A stretch of 64,000 nucleotides of DNA from Gordius albopunctatus. Lineage: Eukaryota. Below, one piece after another: positions 10,934 through 23,399 of the stretch. Position numbers and translations under genes: made by a program. The notes below the pieces were generated by a model. The model saw only the letters and a program-made list of their open reading frames with translations. It had not been told where the DNA came from and did not search any database. The stretch covers positions 14,942,001-15,006,000 of the forward strand of contig OZ193909.1 in NCBI GenBank assembly GCA_964276515.1, written 5' to 3'. The first letter of the stretch is position 1; the number at the start of each line of letters is the position of its first letter.

Positions 10934-13336
10934 GGGCCCACCCAAATATTATATACATATGTTAAAAATGAATGTAATTTTGCATGTTGGGAGACAATAG
11001 GGTCTTCCCAACATGCATCATAAATATTGAGAGCGTCTTCCCGTTTCAGAAAAGCCAAGCCTGTCATCCTCTTAACCATCTGTCGTACTAATGGATTTCC
11101 GTTGTAATCTCGGCGGAACTCGAGCTTGTCCACCCGTTTCAACAGAGCTTTCGCAAAGTGAAACTGGCAACCTTAATAATAAAATAAAGACAATAAAATA
11201 AAATATTTATTACCTTTAATCTCAGAGTTTGGGAAGCAGCTCTGCAGGGCTGACTTTGCAGAGGGTTCAAAATCTTTCTGGATGTACGTTGGATTCAATT
11301 GCAATTTAAATTCCAAACATATTTCCTTCAATTTTTCGAACACTCTGCAATACGTAGCTTTTTTTCGGTTTGGCATAAATACATATACTATAGGGATCAT
11401 GTGATCCTTATAGTATGCTATGCATGTATAGTGTACAGCTATAATAATATATATATAGGCATTAAGGGTATTGTTTACCTGATAGAACAAGGCCGGGCAT
11501 ACTTTAAAGGTTCCATCCATGTAAATAGATGCAGGGTTTCCTTCAGGGGGGAGCCCGGGGGGGGGCGGGGTATTACCGCCCCAGAAATTTCAAATACCCC
11601 CCCTCCCGGAGAGTTTTGATTGAAGCATGAACTCAAGTTCCATCATGAAGTCATAAATTATATTAATAGGCTAAAATTGAAATTCAATAAATTATTTTAA
11701 TTTGTCAATAACAAAAATATAAAATTGGCGAAATTAAATTTTTTTCAAATAAGGTGGAAATCATTTATAGACATCATTTTTTAACATCTGTGAACCCTAA
11801 TTTAAACGGGTTTTTTAATAGGCATTTTTTCCAATCTTGAAAGTTACAAATTATCTTTAATTAAAAAATATAAATAGGTAAATAAACATAAATAAATGCT
11901 TTTAGAATTATTAAATGACTATCTTATAAACTTAAAAAGAATTATTATTAATAATAGATTCTATTGTTTGTTTTTTATTGATATAATATGCTTATTTTGA
12001 ATTGCAGATGTCTGGTAAATATAAAAGTACTCTTTTACACTACTTTAGTAAAAAGGAAAACCTAATAAAAAAGATGGTAAATATGATTTAATTTGGAACA
12101 ACAGGTGATTATTTTTAAGCATTAGATATTTTAAATATATATAAGTTAAAGGCAAATATTATTCTGCTTCCAGCAGTGAAATTCACATGAACTCTGAAAG
12201 AGGCAAGAAAGATTTTGGTTTAATATAGAAGTATTATATATATTTTCATGTTTTAGGTCAAGATGAAAATTGTAATTCTGCTGGAGTGGGGAAAACTGTC
12301 TCTTCTTTTTCTTATGCTAAAAATGATGGTAATTAAAATTATGCAAGTTGTTTTTATTTTATTAATATATATTGATAAAGATGAGTGTATTGGCAGCTCT
12401 ACTAATTGCTCAGTCTCTAAAAGTGAAAAATATGGGCAAAATTTAAAACTTAAACCATCATATAAATTTATGATTTCATGGACATCTAAATACAAATGGC
12501 TAATTTTTGATAAAGCCTTAGGTGGGGCTTTATGCTCTGTCTGTTCTCTTCACAACAAAAACGATTTATTAATTCAACAAAAAACACTTATATCACTAAT
12601 AAAAATCAGTAAATATTATATAAAATGGTTTAGCAATTAAAACATCTTTTACCCCCCCCCCCCGAAAGTTGAAAATACCCTTTCGGAGCATTTTTTCTGA
12701 AGGAAACACTGAATAGATGAAACCTGACACAACACCCTCAAAAGCGATGGCGTCCCAAGAACGAGCAAATTGTTTCCATCGTTCCAAAGCAAAAACCTTT
12801 CCTTGTTAGGGGTCAGAGTTTGAGCTGTGGTAATCGGATGGTGCTACAATGACCCGGAACCGACTGCTTATTCGGAACGGCCCTCTTCATTGTCATCCTC
12901 ACAGATTTCAAGGAAGAATAGCCATAGGAAAATCAGCCAAATCCAGGACTTGACGAATGCCGGCACTCAGGGTCTCATGATACAACCTACTAATTTTCTT
13001 AGTAGGATTAGCAACTACAGGCTCTTTAATTGCCCGCATGGTAACCAATGACTCATACTCTTCCCGCTGGGGGCCATGGTTGTGGGGGCGGTTAACGGTA
13101 ATATGGCCATCAACATCCTTCGCAGTTGCCGGGCACATAGAGTTCCGGCATCTGTAATAAATTTTGTTGGCTACCTTTCTGTTGAGTTTATATAAGAAGG
13201 AAGAGTAATACAGAATTACTCCTCCCCTTTGGGATGGTAGATATTCCGGTGTGTGCTCTAAAATAATTATAGAAATATCTTCTAAATATATACCTCTATT
13301 AATTGCATCAATTTGATTAGTTGTATCAATTAGCAT
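10934..13336 (-). pseudogene. MULE/Mutator-like transposase with N-terminal FLYWCH-type zinc finger, disrupted by insertions
   Basis: SQRGG...YYRCRNSMCPA...HNH (FLYWCH-like); MDGTFKVCP..FYQ, PIVYVFMPNRKKATY, DFE and GCQFHF MULE motifs. Short introns likely. Confidence 0.85.
11532..12711. mobile_element. Non-autonomous hAT-type element inserted in the MULE transposase
   Basis: TIRs CAGGGTTTCCTTCAG / CTGAAGGAAACACTG. Perfect 8-bp TSD AATAGATG (11524-11531, 12712-12719). Related copy at ~36002-39270. Confidence 0.85.
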
Positions 13337-15981
13337 TAATGCAACTTGTATTGTAGCACCTATAAAATAGATTTTTTTAATTGATATGTTATGACATGTT
13401 TAAGTAGAAATTAAAAAAAGAAGAATTAAAAAATTTTACTGGATGAGTTAACATTAGTGGCCAAAGCGCTCTGAGGCATATTGCACGTAGAAACCAAATT
13501 TAAATAAGGATGCGAAGATTCGAAAAATACATTAAGACTCGATTCGAATATTTTTCAAATTTCTTTAATTCCTAAATATTGCATTAAATTAATAGTGCAT
13601 TGCAAAAAAATTATTTATAATAAAAAGATTAAATATAAAAACATTAAAGGCGAAAAGGACAAAATATCAATATCTCTTAAACAATGAAGAATTGAATTTT
13701 AGTCAGTTTTTATTTGTTATATAAAAAAACTTTCACAGGGATTGCAGGTAAAATAATTAGATGATTTATTATGGTCCATGTACATTAACGTACTTTTCTT
13801 TTTAAGTATCATAATTTTTCTAAATTTAACTTAGTCTTTAATTAAAAATTTCGCCACGATGGCATTTTATATTTTATTTAATATTTACCTTGCGGTACTC
13901 ATACATCGGGTTATTATTTTGTTTAATTATAGATATATAATTTTATGTATATATATATATAATCTCGATATATAAAAGGATATTAAAATATATTATTTTA
14001 GTTTAATAGAATCTATGTTAAAGTATAATGCATAAGTACAAAAACAATATTAAACATAGAGGTCGACCTAAACTCATAGCAAATTATTGCAAATTTTTTG
14101 GAAGTTGAAGCCCATATTATATGTAAAAAGCTATTTTAATATATTTTGCGTATAATATATTTGAATTTAATGATGAAGGAAAATAACTAATATGCGAAAA
14201 GATAAAAACATCGTAATTATTTTCGTCTTGTTTTTAAAATAACTTCCAAGTTTACATTCTTCGAATCCCTTTTTGAAGATTCGATCCGAAATTTAGACCT
14301 AAAGATTTGAATTCGGATTTGATTCGACATTTTGAATATTTCCCAGGGGCGTAGTTAAAACTATATAGCGTCTGTCTTTATAAAATATTGGTAATACCCC
14401 AATTCCAATTAATAGATCCAAAATATTTAATTAAAGCTGTTGTTTGGAGCTTTTTTTAATTGCCCACCATTTTTAATCGCGTGTTAATACATGACGGGGC
14501 GGAAATTTAAGAGATGTCACTTAGCTCAATTGAAAGATTTACATATTTAAAAACTAATAAAAATAATTATTATTATTAATTAATCTAAATTAGGATATAT
14601 ATCTAGCTACGCCCCCTGTCCATAACCGTTGTAATTGCAAAAGAAAAATATATTATTTTAAGAGTACAACTTGTTTTAGGCATAGATGGAACCAAATTTC
14701 GAAAAATTATTTGTTTTAGTCGATATTATGGATTATGACAATTGTTACTAATGTGACTACTATGCTTCATACAAATATTTATTTATTTGTATACATAAAT
14801 AACGCAAATTAAAAATAAATATTTCAATTTATACTATAAATTATGACAAATGTTACCTAGGTGACCACAAAACTTCACAATAATATTTATTTTTATAGTA
14901 CAACTTGTTTTGGACATAGATACGGCCAAATTAAAAAAATATTTTAATCGATGAATTCTAATGTCACCGCAAAACTTTGCAAAAATATTTGTTTAATAGT
15001 TTAACTTGTATAAGCCACAAACGAAGACAAATTTCTAGCAAAATATTAATTTTAGTGAATATCAAAAATTATGACAATTGTCACCTATTTTACCACGAAA
15101 CAGCAAAAAATATTTTTTTAATATTAAAAGTTATCAATCCATATAATACAAATTAATTAGGGTGCACCATAACAACAGATTAGGGATTTATTTGACAAAA
15201 TAAAAAAAATACGATTCAAACATTTCCTATCTCATTATAAATACAGCAACTATGAACATTATAATAAATTGACAACAAAAACCTAACCGAAATATTTTTT
15301 TTGGGGGGGGGGGCCGGCTCAAATTTTTTCTTCGCATATCAAACAAATTTATAAGAATCATTTTTTATGCAATTTGATTAAAGATCTATAAATGGGTTTC
15401 GCCCCCCCCCCAATCCAAAACCTGGTTACGCCTATGGATATACATAATGTAGCCTGTATGTGAGTTTGTCCAGTCAAATTTAGATTTTAAACAGCAGGTC
15501 CTTGTTCCACATGAACTAAATCCAAAATTACTATCTAACTATAATCATTTAAAAATCTTAGCAGCAGCAGGTTCGTGTTCTACATGATTAACTTTTTTGA
15601 CACAAAATTTAAATATTGTGCCTTTTCTTTTATATGAAATGCTTACGTTTTATAACCACAAGGAAAATTCTGGAAAAATATATTAACGCGTTAAAATACT
15701 TAATGGTTGTTGAATGTAAGTGCTCATAGTTAATTAAGTAACACTCATTTCATAATTTTTATTATATAATGCGATATTAGAAAATAAAAAATATTTTTTC
15801 CGAAATCCGCGGGGGGGGGTTGAACCCCGCAACCACCCCCTTGCGTACGCCATTGCCGAAAGGTTTTTAGAATTACTCGCCCCAAACACTTCACCCGGCA
15901 ATAATATACACTAACACTTGCAGGCATTCAACCTTAAAACATTTTCACAATGCTACGTGAGGCATTTCTCTATTTGCTTTT

Positions 15982-16818
15982 CAGAGACCAGATTGCCCGG
16001 CCCGGCCCGCTGCCCGAACAGGCCTGGCCCGGCACACCAACTGTCTTAAATTTTTATTTTCGGGCGGGCCCGGGCGGGCGGCACGAAGATAGGATTGGGG
16101 TAATTCGGGCTTAATAAGATTTTTTAAATAGTGTATGATTTTGTTACTTTTTATTTTATTGCATATTAAAATGCTAAAAAAGTTAAGAAACTTGATTTCG
16201 CCATCACAAAGTTTCTCCAATTAACCTTTATTATTCCCTTATCATTCGTCGCTTTCGCTAAGTTACTACTTATTTTCATGATAAAAAATTTCTATACCTT
16301 TCTTTTTTGCTTTAAGTTCAAAGAATTATCAATTAATTGCATTTAAATTCTATTGATAAATTATTGTCTTTTTATCAAAAAAAGTAAGTTTTAACAGAGC
16401 ACAGATTGACTAATTCAACTAATTTTATTCATTGAGAAGTTTATTTATGGGCAGGGCAAAGGAGTTAACTCAAAAGGGGAGTATAATTTTGTTTATTGTA
16501 ATATTATTTATTAAATATGTAAACTTTAAACTTAATTAAAAAATTGCTACATAAATATTTTCATGGACTTGTTTTATTAAATATGCCATTAATTTAATGC
16601 TTATTTTTTAATTGTGGTTGAAAGAATTTGAGATCGCAAAATTTCGGACATAATAGGCAAATTTAATATTTCGGGCCGGGCAGTTCGGACAGCTTTAATG
16701 TTTCAGGCTGGCCCGGGCGGGCACCTAGAAGGTTCGGGCGGGCTCGGGCGGGCAATGAAGTTAAAAAATTGAATCGGGCCGGGTTCGGGCATAAAATTCC
16801 TAACAAATCTGACCTCTG
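15982..16818. mobile_element. hAT-type MITE (GCCCG-rich subterminal repeats)
   Basis: Ends CAGAGACCAGATTG / AATCTGACCTCTG. 8-bp TSD TTGCTTTT/GTGCTTTT. Second copy at 50861-52000. Confidence 0.75.
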
Positions 16819-17806
16819 GTGCTTTTTACTAGACTTAAACGCGTGAGCTTTATGACCAAAATATAAGGTAGCATTTTTCTCCTTTCTTAATTTCTAATCT
16901 AAAACAGCATATAGATGCTAACAACGCTGCATTTCATTAAAGCTTCAAATGAACTAATTTATTACAAATTAATTAGTAATAAATATAAATTTGTTATTAT
17001 TGTTTAATCATTAATCATATTCCTTAACTTATTGGCTTTAATTTATTAAAAATTATGCAAATGCAAAATTATAAGTATAATAAATTAAGTTATCATCGCT
17101 GTCCTCATTACAGATTTGCAACGGGCCCTTTTTTAAAGGTCTGTCCGCCCGTACCCCTTTTCAAAACTTCAAAACCCCTACGAGACAGCTCGTAATTTTT
17201 TTAGGCCCGTCCGTAAATCTTTTAGCTCCGTTCGTACCCGTTTAGAAAAACTCCAGGACTTCCCAAGCCCCATCAAATTTTTTTGACAGAACTCCGCTCC
17301 CGGATCGAAAATTTCACTATTTTATTTTTTTACACATTTATAAAAACATCAATAATTATCATGTAAAAATAATAAATCACCAATCATTTCTGCACTAAAT
17401 ACACCTAAAATTTTTAATATTGTACTACCATTAATTTACTTTAAAAATTACATAAAAATATTCTACTTTCAACAATTTACTTTTATTTTATTTATTTAAG
17501 TTAATACACCTGAAGTTAGAATTCAGTATCATTAAATCTAAATACTTTAATAAAATTACATGAGGATATTCAACTTTTAAATAAGCAGTTTACATTGATT
17601 TGAATAATTTATATAAGTTAATACACTTAAGTTTTAGATTAGAACAAAAATATTTATTAAATTATATGGCCCTAAAAATTAAACACAAAAATTTTGGTGC
17701 ATTGTAAATAAGTAATTGAACTTACTTATAAAAGAATATACGAAGCAATAATCTTAAATTATGTAAACGAAAATCTATAGGAAATAGAATAAAAATGGTT
17801 AAAATC

Positions 17807-18088
17807 TGTTGTGAAGGGTGTTTACACTTCTCTATTTCTCCTCCCCTTTCCCCCCTACCCCTTTGTAGTTTACACGGTCGTTGTCTCTCGATCTCTCGTT
17901 GTTATAGAGCGTCAATAATATTATTTATTACGCGAGATATTATTTATCGTATATATATGTTTATCACGCGTTGTGTGAGCGAAAAAAAGCATTATTAATA
18001 AAGTTTGGTCTCATTACCTTTCACATTTTTTCATCATCCTAGTACGAGTAAGAAATCAGTTGGATAAACAGTATTACACATTTATTAA
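17807..18088 (+). repeat. 5' LTR of Gypsy B
   Basis: TGTTGTGAAGGG...ACACATTTATTAA, repeated at 23400. Confidence 0.92.
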
Positions 18089-18827
18089 TGGTGATAGCTA
18101 ATTTAATATTCTTTGTTTAATGAATAATGTAATATTTCTGATTTTTTTGATGCTTTTTGGATATTTTCTTCTTACAATTAAATTTTTCAGGCTGTTTATT
18201 ATAAGAATTTTATTATGCTATTTACTTGATTCAAATTAGTTTTAGATCACGCTGATATATATATAGTTTACTTCAAGTGAGTTAATAAATACATGCATAT
18301 TTGGTATTTACGTAATTTTTTAATAATTTTATCTTTGAATTAGTTTAAATATAACTCACAATTTTGCTATTAGATTTAGGGGTGCAATATATTATCTTTG
18401 AAAAGTTTTGGTAACATTTACTAATTTTGCCATTAGTTTTTTTTTATATTTCGGCTTCGATTTAATTTAGTGATACGTACTATTTTGCTATTTGATTAAA
18501 TTGTGCAATATTTTTGGGCTTCAAATTAATTTATATGTTACAATTTGTTCTTGTTGTATATTGATTTTGATGTAATTTGATATTGGTAACATTATAAGTT
18601 TTGAACAATTAACCAAGTTGTAGTAAAGGTATCGTATATCTTACATTGTTTTAAAGATTGCGCGTGCATTAATTAATTTGCAGAGTAATATTTATATATT
18701 TGCCATAGTTTTTTTATTTCGATTAGGGTTTAATTTTTCTATTGTGGGATATTGCATTAATTGCAGGCGATTAGAGTAAGCATTTAACTTTTTTACTAGC
18801 GTTAATTTGTTAAGCTGTGTAGCAGAT

Positions 18828-19331
18828 ATGTTATTATTTTTTAAAACGACACAGAGGGTGGACTTATATGTGGATATTATTAGAGCGAACTGGTTAGTCC
18901 TGGTTTTATTAATCGTTTTAATAGCTGCTTTGTGGAAGATGTGGTGTTTAAGCATTAGGGTAAATGTAGTAAAACAAGCGATAAAATGCTTTCACTGTGG
19001 GGGACCACATATGGTTAGATATTGTAATAAGAAAGCAGGAAGGATGTTCAAAGGCAGAATTAGGCAAAGTTTTAATAACAGGGATAATGGCAGAGATGGG
19101 AATTATTCTAGACCACTGCCAGATGGTTATAGGGATAAATTTAATAGTGCTAATTTTGATGACAGGAATTATTCGGGTAATAATGTTTCGCATCCCTCTC
19201 AGAATGCTTTTTGTAATGGCAATATGAACAGGGATAGTGAGAGGGGAAATAATTTTAATAAGGGTGTTTCAACTTCGTGCGGGTGTAGCCTGCCTTCCGC
19301 GATGACTGCTAGTGGAGCGGGGGTGCGTTGA
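18828..19331 (+). CDS. Gypsy B gag-position ORF: transmembrane-like helix + CCHC knuckle + Asn/Arg/Gly-rich tail
   Basis: NWLVLVLLIVLIAALWKMW; CFHCGGPHMVRYC; ends in TGA followed by CTAG, in frame with pol. Confidence 0.75.
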   Translation: MLLFFKTTQRVDLYVDIIRANWLVLVLLIVLIAALWKMWCLSIRVNVVKQAIKCFHCGGPHMVRYCNKKAGRMFKGRIRQSFNNRDNGRDGNYSRPLPDGYRDKFNSANFDDRNYSGNNVSHPSQNAFCNGNMNRDSERGNNFNKGVSTSCGCSLPSAMTASGAGVR

Positions 19332-22300
19332 CTAGATGTCAACGTACCTAATTCATCCAGCTCCATTGTAACGTTTAATTTAACAAGCGCTTTGCCCCGT
19401 TTATTATTTGGTACACAACTGCCCACATCAAAAGTGTGGGTGGAAGGTGCGTTAATTAATTTTATATTGGATTCCGGCGCTTGTGTTAGTTTAATTTCAT
19501 TAAAGCATTTTAAGTTATTTTGGCCCTCTAAAAAGATATCCCATTCCCTTTTTAATGCGCGCCAGTTAGATGGTGCGTCTGTCCAATTAGTAGGGAAGGC
19601 CTGTGTGGAGGTGGTGGCTGGCGGCACGAGGTGTAATTTACCTATTTTTATTACGGCAGCTAATATCGCCCCTTTAATGGGCTGGGATTGGTTGCAAGTG
19701 ATAGGCCCTCGTGTTAGGTGGTTCGGGTTATGTGACACGTTAGAAGTACCTACCCCGGAGTTGAAGTTAAAGCGTAGTCGTAAAGTAAGCCCAGGGGGGA
19801 GTGCGATGATATGTAATATTGAGCCTCCGAGTACCAAGCAAGCGACTAAGTCGTGTGCGATGATAAACATCGGGACGCCTGCGGGCTTGACACCTTCGGG
19901 TGCTGCAGGTGTGACACCTTCGGGTGAGTGTAAGTGTTTGGGCGACCTGGGCGAATGGCAATCTAATTTGCGTAATTTAGTGACGCGCTACGCCGAAGTT
20001 TTTTCGGAAGGTTTAGGATGTTTAAAGGGGTATGAGTACGATGTGCTGCTTAAACGAGGTGCCTGTCCTAAGTTTTGCCCGAATAGGCGTATTCCGTTTA
20101 TTTGGCGGGACGAAGTTAATGCCGTGCTTCGGGACTGGGTTGATCAGGGGATAGTTTCGCCCGTTGATTATAGTGAGTGGGCGACCCCTCTGGTTCCGGT
20201 TAAGAGCGACGGTTCGCTTCGTCTGTGTGTAGATTTCCGGGTTACACTTAATCCGTGGTTGGTGGAAATTAAGTACCCAATTCCGCGGGTTGAGGAGATT
20301 TTAGCTAACCTGAGTAACGCATGTTATTTTTCAAAACTTGATTTAAGATCGGCATATTTGCAGATCAGATTAAATGCTCGATCGGCACGGTTAATGACGA
20401 TAAATACTCCTTTGGGGTTGTTTGCGTTTAATCGTTTGCCGTTTGGCTTGAGTATTTCGGCGTCTGTTTTCCAAAAGACGATGGCCTCGGTTTTCCAGGG
20501 TTTGAACGGCGTGTTCTTTTACCTGGATGATGTGCTGATTGTGGGCGCGTCAATGCAAGAGCATGATATGCGTCTAGAATCGGTACTGAACCGCGTCCAG
20601 GAGAGAGGATTACGTTTAACCAGGAAGAAGTGCATGATTGGGGTTACCGAAGTTACTTTTTTAGGGCATGTTATCGCATGTGGGAGAATTAGACCTCTGG
20701 GTAATAAGGTGGCTGCGATTAAGAATATACGGGCCCCGGTTAGTAAAAAAGAGGTTTTAGGTTTCATGGGGTCGGTTAATTATTATCGCAAGTTTATACC
20801 ACATTGTTCGGAGGTGGCGGCTCCCTTGCATAGACTGACGCAGAGTAATGTGCGTTTTGTTTGGGCCGAAAAGGAGCAGTTAGCTTTCGATAAGTTAAAG
20901 AACTTGTTAGGAAGCGATCCTGTTTTGGTGTGTTTTAATCGTGACCTGCCAATAGGTCTAGCGGTAGACGCATCGAATAGTGGTATAGGTGGCATGCTCT
21001 TTCATATTGTTATGGGCGTAGAACGGCCAATACTATTTTTCTCGCGTAAATTAACGGCGGCGGAGCTTAATTATTCAGTTATTGAGAAGGAGGCTCTTGC
21101 CGTGGTTTTTGCGTTAATAAAGTGCCGTGAGTATCTTATTGGTCGAGATTTTAAAGTTTTTACGGATCATAAACCGCTAATTCCTCTGTTCGCGAAGTGT
21201 AACAGTAGTTTGTTGCTTAGCCCTAGGTTACAGAAATGGTTGTTGTTTTTGGGGAATTTTAACGTAACCTTAGAGTATAAAAAGGGGGCAACGAATTATT
21301 TACCTGATACGTTGTCGCGCTTAGGTGAGGATAATGGTACCTTACCTGAGGAGGAATTAGAAGGTGATAAATTTTTGGTCAATATTGTAACGGAAACTTT
21401 CCCATCAGTTAACCTTAAAGAGGAGGTTAGTAAAGATGAGGAGTTGAGTCGAGTTACAAGATGCCTGATTGACGGCGAGACGCTCGAGGAGATTCCTGTG
21501 GGTTACCGTGGGGTGAGGAACGAACTCTGTTTTGAGAACGGTATCATTCTGCGGGGTGAACGCATAGTGATTCCACGAGTGTTACGTCCTCAGGTTCTGA
21601 ATTTATTGCATGCTGGACATATTGGGACGGCTAAAATGAAGGTTTTGGCACGTAGATATGTTTGGTGGCCTAAGATGGGAAAAGATATAAGCATGTATGG
21701 GCGTAAATGCGTTGCATGTAACAAGAATGCGAGTATGCCCAGGCATGATAAAAAGGCGAGGTGGCCTCAGGCACATAATGTGTGGGATCGAGTGCACCTT
21801 GATTTTTTTGATTTTGACTCTAAGCAATATCTTTTGTTGGTGGATGCGACATCGAGTTGGGTTGAATTCGAGCGGGTGTCGAAACTATCTACTAAAAGCG
21901 TAATTGTTTTTTTGGAAAAATTAATGGGCGCTTTTGGCATACCGAAGTGCGTGGTGTCAGATAATGGTACCGCGTTTACTAGTGCCGAGTTTAAAGCGTT
22001 TTGCGATAGGTGGGGCATACGTCACGTATTAACGCCTCCCTATCATCCTAGTTCTAACGGGCTGGCTGAGCGACATGTGGCGATAGTTAAACGATGGTTA
22101 AAAAACGAGAAGGTGGAGAAAGAAGGCATTTGGATGTACAGGTTGTTGCACAATGCTTCCCCTCGTTTCCCGTGTCGCGCGCCGGTTAGTAAGGTTTTTT
22201 TAAATAGGATACCGCGAATACCGATCGATGTGTTCGTAGATAGCGAGTTGACATCTCGTGTATCTGACATTGGCCGGTTTCGGGTTAATGAGGCAGTTTG

Positions 22301-22445
22301 GGCCCGGGGTTATGGCGGGTCTGAAAAATGGCTCGAAGCGGTAGTTAAATCCCGCGTGGGCTCTAAAGCTTACGACGTGGAGTTTACGGCTGCAAATAAC
22401 CATGCTATGAGGCATGAAGAGCAATTGCGGCCGCGTTTTGAATAA
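19332..22445 (+). CDS. pol: Gypsy B Pol polyprotein (PR-RT-RNase H-IN)
   Basis: FILDSGA protease; FYLDD RT; VDAS/EKEALA/TDHKPL RNase H; HHCC and D..D..E integrase (VHLDF, VSDNG, GLAER). Open from the UGA with no early in-frame ATG. Confidence 0.95.
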   Translation, partial: LDVNVPNSSSSIVTFNLTSALPRLLFGTQLPTSKVWVEGALINFILDSGACVSLISLKHFKLFWPSKKISHSLFNARQLDGASVQLVGKACVEVVAGGTRCNLPIFITAANIAPLMGWDWLQVIGPRVRWFGLCDTLEVPTPELKLKRSRKVSPGGSAMICNIEPPSTKQATKSCAMINIGTPAGLTPSGAAGVTPSGECKCLGDLGEWQSNLRNLVTRYAEVFSEGLGCLKGYEYDVLLKRGACPKFCPNRRIPFIWRDEVNAVLRDWVDQGIVSPVDYSEWATPLVPVKSDGSLRLCVDFRVTLNPWLVEIKYPIPRVEEILANLSNACYFSKLDLRSAYLQIRLNARSARLMTINTPLGLFAFNRLPFGLSISASVFQKTMASVFQGLNGVFFYLDDVLIVGASMQEHDMRLESVLNRVQERGLRLTRKKCMIGVTEVTFLGHVIACGRIRPLGNKVAAIKNIRAPVSKKEVLGFMGSVNYYRKFIPHCSEVAAPLHRLTQSNVRFVWAEKEQLAFDKLKNLLGSDPVLVCFNRDLPIGLAVDASNSGIGGMLFHIVMGVERPILFFSRKLTAAELNYSVIEKEALAVVFALIKCREYLIGRDFKVFTDHKPLIPLFAKCNSSLLLSPRLQKWLLFLGNFNVTLEYKKGATNYLPDTLSRLGEDNGTLPEEELEGDKFLVNIVTETFPSVNLKEEVSKDEELSRVTRCLIDGETLEEIPVGYRGVRNELCFENGIILRGERIVIPRVLRPQVLNLLHAGHIGTAKMKVLARRYVWWPKMGKDISMYGRKCVACNKNASMPRHDKKARWPQAHNVWDRVHLDFFDFDSKQYLLLVDATSSWVEFERVSKLSTKSVIVFLEKLMGAFGIPKCVVSDNGTAFTSAEFKAFCDRWGIRHVLTPPYHPSSNGLAERHVAIVKRWLKNEKVEKEGIWMYRLLHNASPRFPCRAPVSKVFLNRIPRIPIDVFVDSELTSRVSDIGRFRVNEAVWARGYGGSEKWLEAVVKSRVGSKAYDVEFTAANNHAMRHEEQLRPRFE

Positions 22446-22494
22446 AATATTAATATGGATATGTTATAATGTCTAATGTTTTTAGTTATATTAG

Positions 22495-23241
22495 ATGGAT
22501 ATAATTGCTTCGTGGTGCCGAGTACGAGTGGTGGTTCAGGCGATCGATCCACTGTACGCCCCAAGCAATTTACACGTGTCGTTTGTGGTGGGTGCAGACG
22601 GTGTGCCCCACATGGTCAACTTCCATGAACAAATCTACCCTCAGGCGAGGAGAGAGATCCGACCCGGGGGTGAAAGATTTGTGAATATGGGTCGACGTGG
22701 CGGAGTGGCTCGTAACGTCGCCCCGATAGTGAGGATCCCGATAGCGAGGATTCAAGAGAATCCGCAACGCGGCGTAGCCGCTGGGCGCCAGGTACGGAGG
22801 GGCGCGGAAGCTGCCCCACCGGCGACGAATGGCGGCAGGCGACGTCGTGTTGCACGGAGGTGGTGTCATGGGTGTCATCGTCGGCATCGTGGGCTGAGAT
22901 GTAACCCACAGATACCGCCGGAGGGTGGTAATGCCGTAGGTACGGTAGTAGAGCGTATCATTGAGGCAATGGACGCGTCGGAAATAGTGGCGGGTGCGAA
23001 CGTTGTAGGGACGGTAGCGCTGCAGGGTGACAGTACCTTGGTACGGTCGTCCGCGGTGGCGTCGCAACGGAGCGTGGTAGCGCCAGGTGAGGCAACGATT
23101 GTCTGTCAGGTGGAAACGTTGTCGTTACAGGAAGAGGAGGCTTTATTGCTTTCTCCTGTAATGGTGGCTCCACCGGATTCGGCAGTTGAGTCGAACGTAG
23201 TACGCCGGTCTGCAAATATGGACCAGCGTGGGGAACAATAG
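22495..23241 (+). CDS. Gypsy B ORF3, Arg-rich protein with CHGCHRRHRGLRC knuckle-like motif
   Basis: 248-aa ORF between pol and PPT, preceded by an intron-like T-rich tract ending AG (22493-22494). No TM segment, so not a typical env. Confidence 0.65.
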   Translation: MDIIASWCRVRVVVQAIDPLYAPSNLHVSFVVGADGVPHMVNFHEQIYPQARREIRPGGERFVNMGRRGGVARNVAPIVRIPIARIQENPQRGVAAGRQVRRGAEAAPPATNGGRRRRVARRWCHGCHRRHRGLRCNPQIPPEGGNAVGTVVERIIEAMDASEIVAGANVVGTVALQGDSTLVRSSAVASQRSVVAPGEATIVCQVETLSLQEEEALLLSPVMVAPPDSAVESNVVRRSANMDQRGEQ

Positions 23242-23399
23242 GGTGAAGCGAAGTGCAAGGCGGGAGAATGGGGTAAAGACATCGAGCCCAACTACGTCGT
23301 CCGAGGAGCTCTCGATTTCTAAACAATCAAGAGGTCGTGCTAACCGGTTGCGCTATCTCATTTGTCTTGCCCCGGATGGAGTTATTTTAAAAAGGATGG

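Noticed and set aside
12263..12640. Hydrophobic 125-aa ORF (also 38822-39199)
   Set aside because: Lies in a non-autonomous hAT derivative; probably read-through of intron and exon remnants of a transposase 5' region rather than a membrane protein.
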